Shown here: piece by piece, positions 1 through 10,211 of the stretch
How positions within the stretch are numbered: the first letter of the stretch is position 1
Layout of the letters: the number at the start of each line of letters is the position of its first letter
Source: Candidatus Velthaea sp.
GTDB taxonomy: Bacteria; Vulcanimicrobiota; Vulcanimicrobiia; Vulcanimicrobiales; Vulcanimicrobiaceae
Assembly (NCBI GenBank): GCA_965214935.1
Contig: CBDCCS010000010.1
Span: forward strand, 128,001-192,000
Length of the DNA: 64,000 bases
Direction: 5' to 3'
Program-made: the position numbers and the translations under genes
Notes under the pieces: generated by a model
Told to the model about the DNA's origin: nothing
Seen by the model: the letters and a program-made list of their open reading frames with translations, nothing else
The model's database searches: none

Positions 1-28
1 CGATCTCATCATGGCCGGGCATGCATGA
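1..28 (+). CDS. C-terminal fragment of upstream gene, probably sugar ABC transporter ATP-binding protein (partial)
   Basis: Frame 2 reads DLIMAGHA* and ends at TGA 26-28, overlapping the permease ATG (ATGA coupling). Identity inferred from context. Confidence 0.5.
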
Positions 29-999
29 GTAGCCCGATCGTGGCCGCCGCACCGCCGCGTTCGTTACGGAAGCGGCTGTTTGCAGCGCACAACATCGGCT
101 TGATCGGCGCCTTCATCGCGATCGTCGCCGCCGGTTCCGTCCTGTCGCCGTATTTTCTCACCGCATCGAACGCGTTGACGATCCTTACCACGGCGTCCGT
201 GATCGGCGTCATTTCGGTCGGCATGACGTTCATCATTCTGGCCGGCGGAATCGATTTGTCGGTCGGGGCGATCGTCGCACTTGCAGGCGTCTGCGCGACA
301 ACCGCCGGCAGCCAGTCGCTGGGGTGGCTGGCAATGGTTGCGATTTGCATCGGCGTCGCCGCCGTCGTCGGTCTGCTCAACGGGGTGCTCATCGCGTACG
401 GCCGGATGGTACCGTTCATTGCGACGCTCGCGATGCTCGTCGCGGCACGCGGTCTGGCACAACATATATCGGGCGGCGTTCCGCAAACCGTCAACGACCC
501 AACCTTTAATGACATCGGGTCGGCGCTGGTGTTCGGAATTCCGCTACCCGTGCTCGTCTTTGCCGCCGTCGTTGCAATCGGTTGGGTTGCGCTCAATCGC
601 ACGACCTTTGGCCGGCGCACCGTTGCGATCGGGGGAAATCCCGAAGCGAGCCGTCTTGCGGGCATCAACGTCGCGCGCCAAACGCTCGTGCTCTACGTCA
701 TCTCCGGGCTCTGCGCCGGTATTGCAAGCGTGCTGCTGACCGCAAGATTGACATCGGGTTCCAATGATGTGGGCAACTTGTACGAACTCGATGCAATCGC
801 CGCAGTCATCATCGGCGGAACACGGTTGTCGGGCGGCCGCGGCACGCTGGCGGGTTCTATCGTCGGCGTGTTGATATTCACGCTCATTAGCAATATCTTC
901 GTGCTCGAAAATTTACCGTCCGATATCCAAAGCATCGCCAAAGGCGTCATTATCGTCGCCGCGGTGTTGCTGCAGCGCCGTAGCGCTTCCTCAAGATAA
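25..999 (+). CDS. Sugar ABC transporter permease (RbsC/CUT2 family)
   Basis: GGIDLSVG, TTFGR..AIGGNPEASRLAGI and YELDAIAAVIIGG motifs; multiple TM helices. Confidence 0.95.
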   Translation: MSSPIVAAAPPRSLRKRLFAAHNIGLIGAFIAIVAAGSVLSPYFLTASNALTILTTASVIGVISVGMTFIILAGGIDLSVGAIVALAGVCATTAGSQSLGWLAMVAICIGVAAVVGLLNGVLIAYGRMVPFIATLAMLVAARGLAQHISGGVPQTVNDPTFNDIGSALVFGIPLPVLVFAAVVAIGWVALNRTTFGRRTVAIGGNPEASRLAGINVARQTLVLYVISGLCAGIASVLLTARLTSGSNDVGNLYELDAIAAVIIGGTRLSGGRGTLAGSIVGVLIFTLISNIFVLENLPSDIQSIAKGVIIVAAVLLQRRSASSR

Positions 1000-1020
1000 C
1001 ATCAAGCGAAAGGTCACATT

Positions 1021-2007
1021 GTGAAAAGAATCGAGCTCGTGCAAAGTGCTGCGGTCGCGGCTGCCGGAATTGCGTTTAGCGGAGCGGCCACGCTCGCCGT
1101 CAGCGGGATGGCTGCGGCGCAGACCGGTAAAAAGATCCATGTCGGTTTCTCAGCACCGGGTGCCAATCACGGCTGGCTGGCGGCAATCACGAGAAATGCC
1201 AAAACGGAAGCAGCGAAATATCCCGACGTCGACCTCGCGCTCACTGAAGGCAATTCGACATCGGCCGAACAGATCGGCCAAATTGAAACGTTGATCAACC
1301 GCAAGGTCGACGTGCTCGTGATCTTACCGCAAGAGGGTCAAGCCCTCACCGCGGTGGCGACCAAAGCAATGCGCGCCGGTATTCCGGTCGTCAATCTCGA
1401 TCGTATATTCAGTTCGCCGCTGGCCTATCGCACGTGGATCGGCGGCGATAATTACGGCATGGGCGTTTCGGCGGGTAATTACATCGGCCAAACACTCAAA
1501 AAAGGCAAAGTCGTCGAGATTGCCGGGCTTGATTCGTTGCAGTTGACCAAACAGCGCAGCGCCGGTTTTGCCGACGCGCTCAAAGGCTACCCCGGCATCA
1601 CCGTCGTTGCGCGGCAAGCTGCCGATTTCACACCCGACACCGGCGAACGCGTCATGGCAAACGTGCTGCAGGCGCAGCCGCATATCGACGCGGTATGGAA
1701 TCATGACGACGACCAAGGCATCGGCGTCGAAGCCGCGATTCGGAACGCTCACCGTTCGGAGTTTTTTATGGTCGGCGGCGCCGGATCGAAGCATGCGATG
1801 GATGTTATCCGGTCCGGCGGAATCATTAAAGCGACGGTATTGTATTCGCCCTCGATGGCAGCGTCGGCAATTAATTTGGCCCGCCTAATCGGGATGGGTC
1901 GCGGTCTTGCCGAGACCGCGGAAAAAGTCGTGCCGTCGTCGATCACCTTGTATTCCGCCGTCGTCACCAAAGACAATGTCGCGCAATATGCCGACGTCGG
2001 CTTCTAG
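1021..2007 (+). CDS. Sugar ABC transporter substrate-binding protein (RbsB-like)
   Basis: N-terminal signal peptide; GIPVVNLDR, IGGDNYGMG, RSAGF and NHDDDQGIG motifs; follows permease. Confidence 0.93.
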   Translation: MKRIELVQSAAVAAAGIAFSGAATLAVSGMAAAQTGKKIHVGFSAPGANHGWLAAITRNAKTEAAKYPDVDLALTEGNSTSAEQIGQIETLINRKVDVLVILPQEGQALTAVATKAMRAGIPVVNLDRIFSSPLAYRTWIGGDNYGMGVSAGNYIGQTLKKGKVVEIAGLDSLQLTKQRSAGFADALKGYPGITVVARQAADFTPDTGERVMANVLQAQPHIDAVWNHDDDQGIGVEAAIRNAHRSEFFMVGGAGSKHAMDVIRSGGIIKATVLYSPSMAASAINLARLIGMGRGLAETAEKVVPSSITLYSAVVTKDNVAQYADVGF

Positions 2008-2039
2008 CTCCGCAGCGTGCGTTGGCCGGTGACGATCTG

Positions 2040-3254
2040 ATGGCGAGTCAAAAGCGCGAAATCAATGTCGCGATGGTCGGCTATGCCTTCATGGGCGCCG
2101 CGCACTCGCAAGCGTGGCGCAACGTCGGGCGGTTCTTCGACGTACCGCTGCAGCCGCGCATGGCCGTCATCGGCGGTCGCGATCCCGAGAAACTCGAACG
2201 CGCGGCGCAGCGTTTCGGCTGGGCTTCGACGGAGACCGATTGGGAGCGGCTTATCGCGCGCGAGGATGTCGACCTCGTCGACGTGTGCACGCCGGGATCA
2301 TCGCATGCGCCGATCGCAATTGCCGCACTGCGCGCCGGGAAACACGTGCTGTGTGAGAAGCCGCTCGCCAACAGCCTGGCGGAGGCCGAAGAGATGAGCC
2401 GCGCCGCCGACGCAGCCGCCGAACGCGGCGTTCGTTCGATGGTGGGGTTTAACTACCGTCGCGTTCCGGCCATTGCGTTGGCGCGTCAAATGATCGCCGG
2501 CGGGAAGCTTGGCACGATCCGGCACGTGCGCGCGGTGTATCTGCAAGACTGGATCGTCGACCCGCAGTTTCCGCTGGTGTGGCGTTTGCAAGCCGAGCAA
2601 GCCGGATCGGGTGCACTCGGCGATCTCGGCGCGCATATCATCGACGCGACGCAGTTCTTGTTGGGCGATCGCATCGCCGGCGTAAGCGCGCTGACCGAAA
2701 CCTTCATCAAGGATCGGCCGCTGCCCGCGGGCAGCGCCGCCGGCGGTTTGCAAGCGACAGGCACGCAACAGCGCGGTACCGTGACCGTTGACGACGCGGT
2801 GATCTTTCTCGCCCGATTCGCCGGCGGGGCACTTGCGACGTTCGAGGCGACGCGTTTTGCGACCGGTCGTAAGAATGGTCTAAAGATCGAGATCAACGGC
2901 GAGCGCGGCTCGCTAAGCTTCGATCTGGAAGCACTCAACGAATTACAACACTTCGACGCCGGCCTTCCGACCGGAGCGCAAGGCTTCACGCGCATCCTCG
3001 TCACCGAACCCGAGCATCCGTATATTGCCGCGTGGTGGCCGCCCGGTCATCTCATCGGCTACGAGCATAGCTTTACCCATGAGGTTCACGATCTGCTGAC
3101 CGCCATTGCCGACAACACGAATCCCGTTCCGTCGTTTCGCGACGGATTGCAAGTGCAACGCGTGCTCGACGCGGTCGGCCGCAGTGCCGGCGCAAACGCG
3201 GCCTGGACGACGATCGCCGATGACGCCGTTTTAACCGGAGGCTCGACTCGATGA
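2040..3254 (+). CDS. Gfo/Idh/MocA family oxidoreductase (levoglucosan dehydrogenase-like subfamily)
   Basis: [11 protein letters not shown]ossmann start, [36 protein letters not shown] 2040 preferred over TTG 2022. Confidence 0.92.
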   Translation: MASQKREINVAMVGYAFMGAAHSQAWRNVGRFFDVPLQPRMAVIGGRDPEKLERAAQRFGWASTETDWERLIAREDVDLVDVCTPGSSHAPIAIAALRAGKHVLCEKPLANSLAEAEEMSRAADAAAERGVRSMVGFNYRRVPAIALARQMIAGGKLGTIRHVRAVYLQDWIVDPQFPLVWRLQAEQAGSGALGDLGAHIIDATQFLLGDRIAGVSALTETFIKDRPLPAGSAAGGLQATGTQQRGTVTVDDAVIFLARFAGGALATFEATRFATGRKNGLKIEINGERGSLSFDLEALNELQHFDAGLPTGAQGFTRILVTEPEHPYIAAWWPPGHLIGYEHSFTHEVHDLLTAIADNTNPVPSFRDGLQVQRVLDAVGRSAGANAAWTTIADDAVLTGGSTR

Positions 3255-4255
3255 GACCGATGACGCTTTTTACCGGACAATGGGCCGATCTGCCCCTACG
3301 CGTCGTGTGCGAAAAAGCCGCGGCTTGGGGCTACGATGGGCTCGAACTTGCGTGTTGGGGCGATCATTTCGAGGTCGATAAAGCACTTGCCGACGATGCG
3401 TACGTAACGGAAAAACGCCGGCTGCTCGAATCCTACGGTTTGGGCTGCTGGATCATCTCAAATCATTTGGTCGGCCAAGCAGTTTGCGATCATCCGATCG
3501 ATCTGCGACACAAGAACATCTTGCCGGCACGGATCTGGGGCGACGGCGATCCTGAAGGCGTTCGGCGGCGCGCCGCCGAGGAGATGAAAGATACCGCTCG
3601 CGCCGCTGCAAAATTCGGCGTGAAAACCGTCGTTGGTTTTACCGGCTCGAAGATCTGGATTACGCTGGCGGGTTTCCCGCCGGTTCCGCCGGAGATGATC
3701 GACGACGGCTACAAAGATTTTGCCGATCGCTGGAATCCGATTGTCGACGTCTTCGATTCAGTCGGCGTTCGGTTCGCGCATGAGGTGCATCCCTCCGAGA
3801 TTGCCTACGATTATTGGACGACGAAACGTGCACTCGAAGCGGTCGGCAACCGGCCGGGGTTCGGCTTAAACTTCGATCCCAGTCATTTTATCTGGCAAGA
3901 TCTCGATCCGATCGGTTTCTTGCGTGATTTCGCGGACCGCATTTATCATGTCGATTGCAAAGAATCGGTCCGCCACTTCGACGGGCGGAATGGACGCTTG
4001 TCCTCGCATCTTCCGTTCGGCGATCTGCGCCGCGGTTGGGATTTTGTCTCGGTCGGCCACGGCGACGTACCGTGGGAGCATTGTTTTCGCCAACTCAATG
4101 CCATCGGCTATGACGGCCCGATTTCCGTGGAGTGGGAAGACTCGGGCATGGACCGCGAACTTGGTGCGCCCGAAGCGCTCGCGTTTTTGCGTAAGCTCAA
4201 TTTTACTCCGCCTGCGACGGCGTTCGATGCCGCATTCGCGAGCTCGAGCGCGTAG
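3251..4255 (+). CDS. Sugar phosphate isomerase/epimerase (IolE/AP-endonuclease-2 TIM barrel)
   Basis: [50 protein letters not shown] overlap with upstream gene. Confidence 0.92.
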   Translation: MRPMTLFTGQWADLPLRVVCEKAAAWGYDGLELACWGDHFEVDKALADDAYVTEKRRLLESYGLGCWIISNHLVGQAVCDHPIDLRHKNILPARIWGDGDPEGVRRRAAEEMKDTARAAAKFGVKTVVGFTGSKIWITLAGFPPVPPEMIDDGYKDFADRWNPIVDVFDSVGVRFAHEVHPSEIAYDYWTTKRALEAVGNRPGFGLNFDPSHFIWQDLDPIGFLRDFADRIYHVDCKESVRHFDGRNGRLSSHLPFGDLRRGWDFVSVGHGDVPWEHCFRQLNAIGYDGPISVEWEDSGMDRELGAPEALAFLRKLNFTPPATAFDAAFASSSA

Positions 4256-4275
4256 CGCTTCTCCCGGAGCTTCTG

Positions 4276-5589
4276 CTGCGTTATCACGACGTCATCATTG
4301 TCGGGGCCGGCGTCGCCGGACTGAACGCGGCGCGTACACTCGGACGCGCCGGCCGGTCCGTCGCAATACTCGAGGCGCGCGACCGCATCGGTGGCCGGCT
4401 ACGCGAAGCGGTCGACCCGCGCGCACTTGCACCGATCGAGTTGGGCGGCGAATTCGTGCACGGCCGGCCGGCCGTTACCTACGCTCTGTTGGGCGAATAC
4501 GGTGCGACGGTTGTTGACGACGCCCAAAGCAGTTTCAACTTCCGCGACGGCGCGTTCGAAGCGGCCGCCGGGGATACGTTTGATGCAGCCGGCGACATGC
4601 TCGCAACTGCTTTGGAACGCGTGGCGGATGAAAGTGTCGATGCGCTCATCGTGCGACGAACGCATGACGAGCAATCGCGTGCAGCGGGCGAATGGGTTCG
4701 GCGTTTGGTTTCCGGTTTCGACGCCGCGGACACGGCGCGCGCCGGAGCGCGAGCGATTGCCCAAGAGTGGGGCGGCGCGGCCTCGGCGGACGGCGCGCAG
4801 TCGCGTCCGCTCGGCGGTTATGCGCCGCTTGTCGCGCATCTGGCACGCACGCTCGAACCCGAGCGCGTCGAACTTTCGTTAGCGACCGTCGTAACGCAGA
4901 TAAGACGCGATGCGACGGGCGTGCAGATCGCTGCGCGCAGCGGGCAGCGCGATATTCGCTTACACGCGAGTCGCGTAATCGTAACGGTGCCGCTCGGCGT
5001 ATTGACCGCAGCGCCGGATGCGCGGGGAGCGATCGTCTTCGATCCGCCGTTGCCGGCGGCTACGCGCGACGCACTCGCACGTATTGCGATGGGTCCGGTA
5101 ATCAAAGTCGTGTTGCGCTTTCGCAGCCCGTTCTGGGAGCGGCTGTCCGACGGCGCTTATCGTGACGGCGCGTACTTCAACGGCGACGATATTTTCCCGA
5201 CGCTCTGGACGCAACTGCCGGTGCGCGCAAATACACTCGTTGCATGGGCCGGCGGACTTGCGGCAATGCGGCTTGCCGACGCCGACGGTGCGACGTGTTG
5301 CGAGCTTGCGCGTGCGTGCGTCGGGCGCTATTTCGGCGATGCTGCGCAGACCGACCGCGAATGGGAAGCAGCGTACGTTCATGATTGGCAGCGCGATCCG
5401 TTCGCGCGGGGCGCTTATAGTTATGCACTCGTCGGCGGCGAAAACGCCCGCGAAGCGTTGGCGGCGGCGATCGACGGGCGGCTGTGGTTCGCCGGTGAAG
5501 CCACCGCCGCCGACGGTGAAGGCGGTACGGTCGCCGGTGCACTCACGAGCGGACTGCGAGCCGCTCGCGAGATTCTTGCTTTTTCTTAA
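4276..5589 (+). CDS. Flavin monoamine oxidase family protein; likely CTG start
   Basis: The frame of ORF 4441-5589 is open upstream and encodes YHDVIIVGAGVAGL...EARDRIGGR. GGAG at 4266-4269 precedes CTG 4276. C-terminal W..DPFARGAYS and FAGEAT...GTVAGALTSG motifs. Confidence 0.88.
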   Translation: MRYHDVIIVGAGVAGLNAARTLGRAGRSVAILEARDRIGGRLREAVDPRALAPIELGGEFVHGRPAVTYALLGEYGATVVDDAQSSFNFRDGAFEAAAGDTFDAAGDMLATALERVADESVDALIVRRTHDEQSRAAGEWVRRLVSGFDAADTARAGARAIAQEWGGAASADGAQSRPLGGYAPLVAHLARTLEPERVELSLATVVTQIRRDATGVQIAARSGQRDIRLHASRVIVTVPLGVLTAAPDARGAIVFDPPLPAATRDALARIAMGPVIKVVLRFRSPFWERLSDGAYRDGAYFNGDDIFPTLWTQLPVRANTLVAWAGGLAAMRLADADGATCCELARACVGRYFGDAAQTDREWEAAYVHDWQRDPFARGAYSYALVGGENAREALAAAIDGRLWFAGEATAADGEGGTVAGALTSGLRAAREILAFS

Positions 5590-5788
5590 CGGTCGTACCG
5601 TGTAACGATCGCACCTTCTGCGGTCGACACCGAAAGTCGCTCGTTGCACGTCGCACGGTCCCCACGTTCGTATAACTTTTACACGACGTCACTACGACGA
5701 ATTCCTTCCAGAAACTTTACAGCGTTAACGTTTCGTGTTTTACTAAGTAAGCAAGCATACGCTTTCTTAACGAAACGAGGCGCAAGAA

Positions 5789-6487
5789 ATGTCCATTCCG
5801 GTGAACCTCTATGTCGATCGAATGAGCCCTGTGCAGCCGGTTCGCGTAGCCGACGTTTATGCCGTGACCCAAGACCGCGCGTCCGCATACACCGAGGCGG
5901 CAGCGATGATCGGGTTGACAACGCGTGAGTACGTGGAATTCCGGCAAGCGCTGCTTGCGGGAGGCGCCGTCTACGTTCGATTACCGCGCCGGATCGACGC
6001 GATGGCCGGCGTACACAAGCGCAACGGTCGCGTCTACGCGCTCAAGAACGTCCTCGTCCCAACCGATACGATGGGCTGGCAAGTGAATCTCGCTGACGGC
6101 ACGACCGTTCTCGTTCCGCGCATTTGCGGCAATTTATCGATGAATCGCGGCCGCGCCGTCGCGCACGTTGCGCCCAAACGCCACGTCGTACGAATCGCTC
6201 GACAAGGAGCAGCCGTTCGCGGCGTTAGCTACGTCGCACCGGCACCCGTGCATGTCGCGTCAACTCCGGTAAGCTTCGACGTTCCGCAAACGGCCGTGCC
6301 GATTGTCGCCGTCGCGCCCGCTGCTGCTCCGGCCGTCGTCGCCGGTCATAGTGCCTTACCGTTTCTCGGCCTTCTGGTTCCGGTGATCGGCGCGTTGAGC
6401 GGCGCCCATGCGTATACAGCTCCGGCGACGCCGGCCGTTGCCGCATGCTCGCAAGGCTCAAATGAGATCGGCGTCTGCCACCTCTGA
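5789..6487 (+). CDS. Hypothetical protein with Pro/Ala/Val linker, late hydrophobic segment and C-terminal Cys pair
   Basis: GAGG SD about 9 nt upstream; coherent 232 aa ORF after an AT-rich upstream region. Confidence 0.75.
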   Translation: MSIPVNLYVDRMSPVQPVRVADVYAVTQDRASAYTEAAAMIGLTTREYVEFRQALLAGGAVYVRLPRRIDAMAGVHKRNGRVYALKNVLVPTDTMGWQVNLADGTTVLVPRICGNLSMNRGRAVAHVAPKRHVVRIARQGAAVRGVSYVAPAPVHVASTPVSFDVPQTAVPIVAVAPAAAPAVVAGHSALPFLGLLVPVIGALSGAHAYTAPATPAVAACSQGSNEIGVCHL

Positions 6488-6551
6488 GTCGACCTTGGTT
6501 TCGCGCTCGACGGTCGCCGCCCGGCGCCGCACTTCCCGTGAGATACCTTCA

Positions 6552-6884
6552 ATGTCCGACCAACAGCCCGAAAACGACCACCGGCCGCCCGCGCCGCCGA
6601 CCATCGAGTCGGTCGAACAAGCGGTAACGATACTCGATGCCGCGTGCGCACGCTCCGCAGTCAATGAGGCCGCACAAAATTATTTATTCGCGCTGCTGCC
6701 GGCGAACGCACAACGCCTCGTTCGCCGGCTTCCATTCCCACATCGCGCGATCGCACTTCGCTCGTACTGCCGGCGGTTACGCTTGGGTGACGACCCCGAC
6801 ATGCCCGCCGGGCACGCACCGGCCGTCTCGGCGTTCCGAAAACGAATCGATGACGCTGCATCCGGCCGGCGATTTATGAATTAA
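6552..6884 (+). CDS. Hypothetical protein (110 aa, MSDQQPEND...)
   Basis: ATG 6552 in the frame of ORF 6408-6884; fills the gap between genes; no recognised family. Confidence 0.55.
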   Translation: MSDQQPENDHRPPAPPTIESVEQAVTILDAACARSAVNEAAQNYLFALLPANAQRLVRRLPFPHRAIALRSYCRRLRLGDDPDMPAGHAPAVSAFRKRIDDAASGRRFMN

Positions 6885-6909
6885 TAACCGCACGGCTCGA
6901 GACAACCGC

Positions 6910-8733
6910 TTAACTCAGGTGGTGCACCGGGCCCATCCCGTACACCGGCGTCGGAATGCCTTCCTGGCGTGCTTTTAACTGCAGCGCGAGGTACAGCGAG
7001 TAATGACGCGACTGGTGTAAATTACCACCCTGAAACCAAAGCGCCGGTTGATGCGTCGGCTTCCACATGTTGCGCAGCTCGCCTTCCCACGGTCCGGGAT
7101 CTTTGGTTGTATCCGAACCGAGGCCCCAGCATTTACCGACTTTGTCTGCGATCTCTTGCGACATTAGTTTCGCGGCCCAACCGTTCATCGAACCGTAGCC
7201 CGTTGCATAAACGATAAGATCGGCCGGCAACTCGGTACCGTCGCTAAGGACGAGCGAGTGTTCTTTCACTTCGACAACATCGACGCCGCTCTTTAATTTA
7301 ATTTCGCCGGTCGCGATGAGTTCGGAGGCGCCGACGTCGATATAATAGCCCGATCCACGCCGCAGATATTTCATGAATAAGCCGGAACCGTCATCACCCC
7401 AGTCGAGCAGAAAACCGGCTCGATTCAGGCTGGTGTAAAAATCGGCGTCGCGTCGTGCAATCTCTTCATATAGCGGCCGCTGCATGTCGGCCATGATGCG
7501 GTACGGTACCGATGCAAAAAGCATGTCGGCTTTATCCGTGGTCATCCCGTTCGCCACGGCAGTCTCCGAATACAGCGGAGCCGTTGTTATCTCGTTGAGG
7601 GACTCGGATTTGACGACGAGCGTGGATGACCGCTGGACCATCGTTACGTCGGCGCCCTGCTCCCACAAATCGGCACAAATATCGTGCGCCGAATTGTTCG
7701 AACCGATGATGACGCATTTTTTGCCGGCAAACTCGGCGCCGCCCGGATGACGGCTCGAGTGATGTGCGACGCCGGCGAAGCGATCCATACCCGGATACTC
7801 GGGCATGCGCGGTATGCCCGACATGCCGGTCGCCAGCACGAGTTGCTTGGGTTGCAGAGTTACGCTTTTGCCTTCGCGCTCCACCGCAACCGTCCACTGC
7901 TGCGCCTCGGAATCGTATGTCGCGCTCGTGCATTCCGTCGACGTCCAGTAATGCAGATTCATGACCTTGACATACATCTCGAGCCAATCGCCGATTCGAT
8001 CTTTGGGAGCGTACACCGGCCAGCTCTCGGGAAACGGCAAGTACGGCAGATGGTCGTACCATACCGGGTCGTGTAGACACAGCGACTTGTACCGTTTGCG
8101 CCATGCATCGCCCGGCCGTTCGTGCTTGTCGATGACGATCGTCGAGACGCCCAGATGTTCCAAGCGTGCACCGAGCGCAATGCCGCCTTGTCCGCCCCCG
8201 ATCACAAGACAGTACGGCTGCTCGGTATACCCGAGCTCGCCGAAGCGATCGGATCGGCGCTCCAGCCAGCTCTTACGCGCGCGAATCGCACCGTGCTCGG
8301 CACCTCGCTCGCGCATCGGTCCGCGTTTTTCTTCAAACCCTTTTAACTCGGTCATGGCCGTCAGCAACGTCCAACAGCCGCCGTCTTTAAGTCGCAGCAG
8401 ACCGTTTCCGCGCGCGACCGCGGTCTCGAACGTAAACCGCCCTTCGGTTGTCCCGTCGACGGTCGTTGCTTCGTCGGTCAACGTAAAACGGTGCGCTCCA
8501 ACGCGAACCAGATTCGCTTCGAGCATCGCAGCAATGCCGTCGCGCCCTTCAAGGGTCGTGATGTTCCACGTAAAAGTCACCAGATCGCGCCAGTAACTCG
8601 TTTCGATAAAAAGTTGCGTAGCAGCGTCGATATCCGCGCCGCTGAGGGCTTGCTCGAAATCCGTCAACCACTTCGCGACGAGTTGCGACGGCGCTTTGAC
8701 GGCCGGCCGTTCGGGTGCAGTCTCAATCATCAA
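6910..8733 (-). CDS. Flavin-containing monooxygenase (CzcO/TrkA-like, type II FMO with N-terminal extension)
   Basis: GGGQGG FAD motif, WRKRYKSLCLHDP, HSSRH, GSNNSA, ATGY; AAGGAG SD upstream. Confidence 0.92.
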   Translation of the reverse strand: MMIETAPERPAVKAPSQLVAKWLTDFEQALSGADIDAATQLFIETSYWRDLVTFTWNITTLEGRDGIAAMLEANLVRVGAHRFTLTDEATTVDGTTEGRFTFETAVARGNGLLRLKDGGCWTLLTAMTELKGFEEKRGPMRERGAEHGAIRARKSWLERRSDRFGELGYTEQPYCLVIGGGQGGIALGARLEHLGVSTIVIDKHERPGDAWRKRYKSLCLHDPVWYDHLPYLPFPESWPVYAPKDRIGDWLEMYVKVMNLHYWTSTECTSATYDSEAQQWTVAVEREGKSVTLQPKQLVLATGMSGIPRMPEYPGMDRFAGVAHHSSRHPGGAEFAGKKCVIIGSNNSAHDICADLWEQGADVTMVQRSSTLVVKSESLNEITTAPLYSETAVANGMTTDKADMLFASVPYRIMADMQRPLYEEIARRDADFYTSLNRAGFLLDWGDDGSGLFMKYLRRGSGYYIDVGASELIATGEIKLKSGVDVVEVKEHSLVLSDGTELPADLIVYATGYGSMNGWAAKLMSQEIADKVGKCWGLGSDTTKDPGPWEGELRNMWKPTHQPALWFQGGNLHQSRHYSLYLALQLKARQEGIPTPVYGMGPVHHLS

Positions 8734-9047
8734 CGAACTCCTTCGACCGGCTCGCGGGCCGTGAGCATTGTCCGACGCCGAGCCGCGACGTACTTATTTA
8801 CCAGCGCCGCAATTTCTTGCATGCTACCGTAAGCGTAACGAAACGGCATCAAACGCTCACAAGTCGCGTCGAGCAAAACTCGACACGGCAAACACGAGCG
8901 TGAGCGCGACCCAGGCGATCGACCACAGAACAAACGTCGCGGGCGGCGGTGCGCTCGTGCCGAACGGATTCGTTGCGACGTATCGGCGACACCGTGAACG
9001 ATGCCGCCAATGCGCGCGGTATCCGGCAACTGCTGCACGCTCGTTTC

Positions 9048-10100
9048 TCAGGCGGACGGCCGCATGCGCACCTGTTCGCCGTCTGCGATTTTTAACCAGC
9101 GGTTCGTTTCAAAATCGTAGAGTTGACATTCTCGCAACAGCCACAGCAGCAACGCCGGCGAGAATGTTTCTTGGATGACCTTATCACCGTGAAGGCGTTC
9201 GATCGTGCGCTGCGCGCGTTCGAGCCGGTAGAGCGGTACGCGCGGATTCACGTGATGCGCGGTGTGCTGAAAAATCTCATGCAAGACGATCTCGACGACT
9301 TTCGGGAAGCGCATATGAATCGTGTTTTGCATGTAGACGACGAGCGGATCGTATGTTTCGCGCGACGTGAACCAGCGAATTCGCGGGTGCGTATGATGCA
9401 GAAAGATGAACACGCTCATGAGGAACTGATAGACGAAAAACGGCACGACCACGGCCGTGAGCGCCGTGAAATCGGCCACGAGTGCCGACTGCCCAAGATG
9501 CAGGCAGACCGCTGTCCAGCCGGCGTAGATGGCGCTAAACCCGCCTAAGGCAATGACTTTATCGGCGAACATGCGGTGATTGCCCGCATACGAACGATCG
9601 AGCGGGTCGCTGTTCCAAACATGACCCCACCAGAGTTCGATTGGATAATAGAACCAAATCCCCGCCGGGGTCCGGTAAAAGCGGTAGAACCAACGCTGCC
9701 GCGGCGACGCGGCATCGTATTCCCGCCGCGACCAAGGCGCCCAAACGTGGTCGACGCCGCGCAGATTCGTGAATCCGTGATGGCGTTGATTGTGCCCGAT
9801 ATTCCAGGCCGTTTCCGGATGCAACGTCGGCATGAAAGCAAGCCGCGCAATGCATGCATTGAGCCAGCCGGACTTTGCTAACGAGCGATGCGAGGCGTCG
9901 TGACCGACAAGAAATAAGACGCCGGCCATGATCGAGCCAACCGCTAAGGCAACGAACCGGAGCGGGCCGGCCAGCGCACAAAAACCAAACAACGCAGCAG
10001 CGTAGAGTGCGCTGTCGCAGACCATAATTGCCAGCGCGATACCGTCGCTTCCGGCAGCGTCGGCAGCGATTGCTTGACGCAGGCGCTTGAAGTCCTTCAT
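9048..10100 (-). CDS. Membrane fatty acid desaturase
   Basis: His boxes HDASH, HNQRHH and QHTAHH plus FLHHTHP; TM helices. Start could be 10115. Confidence 0.9.
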   Translation of the reverse strand: MKDFKRLRQAIAADAAGSDGIALAIMVCDSALYAAALFGFCALAGPLRFVALAVGSIMAGVLFLVGHDASHRSLAKSGWLNACIARLAFMPTLHPETAWNIGHNQRHHGFTNLRGVDHVWAPWSRREYDAASPRQRWFYRFYRTPAGIWFYYPIELWWGHVWNSDPLDRSYAGNHRMFADKVIALGGFSAIYAGWTAVCLHLGQSALVADFTALTAVVVPFFVYQFLMSVFIFLHHTHPRIRWFTSRETYDPLVVYMQNTIHMRFPKVVEIVLHEIFQHTAHHVNPRVPLYRLERAQRTIERLHGDKVIQETFSPALLLWLLRECQLYDFETNRWLKIADGEQVRMRPSA

Positions 10101-10211
10101 CGCGCCCGTCCGCACCGAACTTCGGGCGTGCGAGCAACGATCGTCCGTTTGCGCGGTTCGGCTCGCACGTTCACGAGCAACACCTTCGCCGCTGGCGAGC
10201 CGACCCTTCGC

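Noticed and set aside
1021..1060. Possible Tat motif in the first SBP (MKRIELVQS)
   Set aside because: No twin arginine or Phe; only a degenerate resemblance, so export route is left uncalled.
8809..8910. Inverted repeats upstream of the FMO gene (GCAA-N4-TTGC; GTCGAG-caaaa-CTCGAC; CGCTCAC/GTGAGCG)
   Set aside because: No recognisable riboswitch or correctly spaced sigma54 motif; short stems are common at this GC content.
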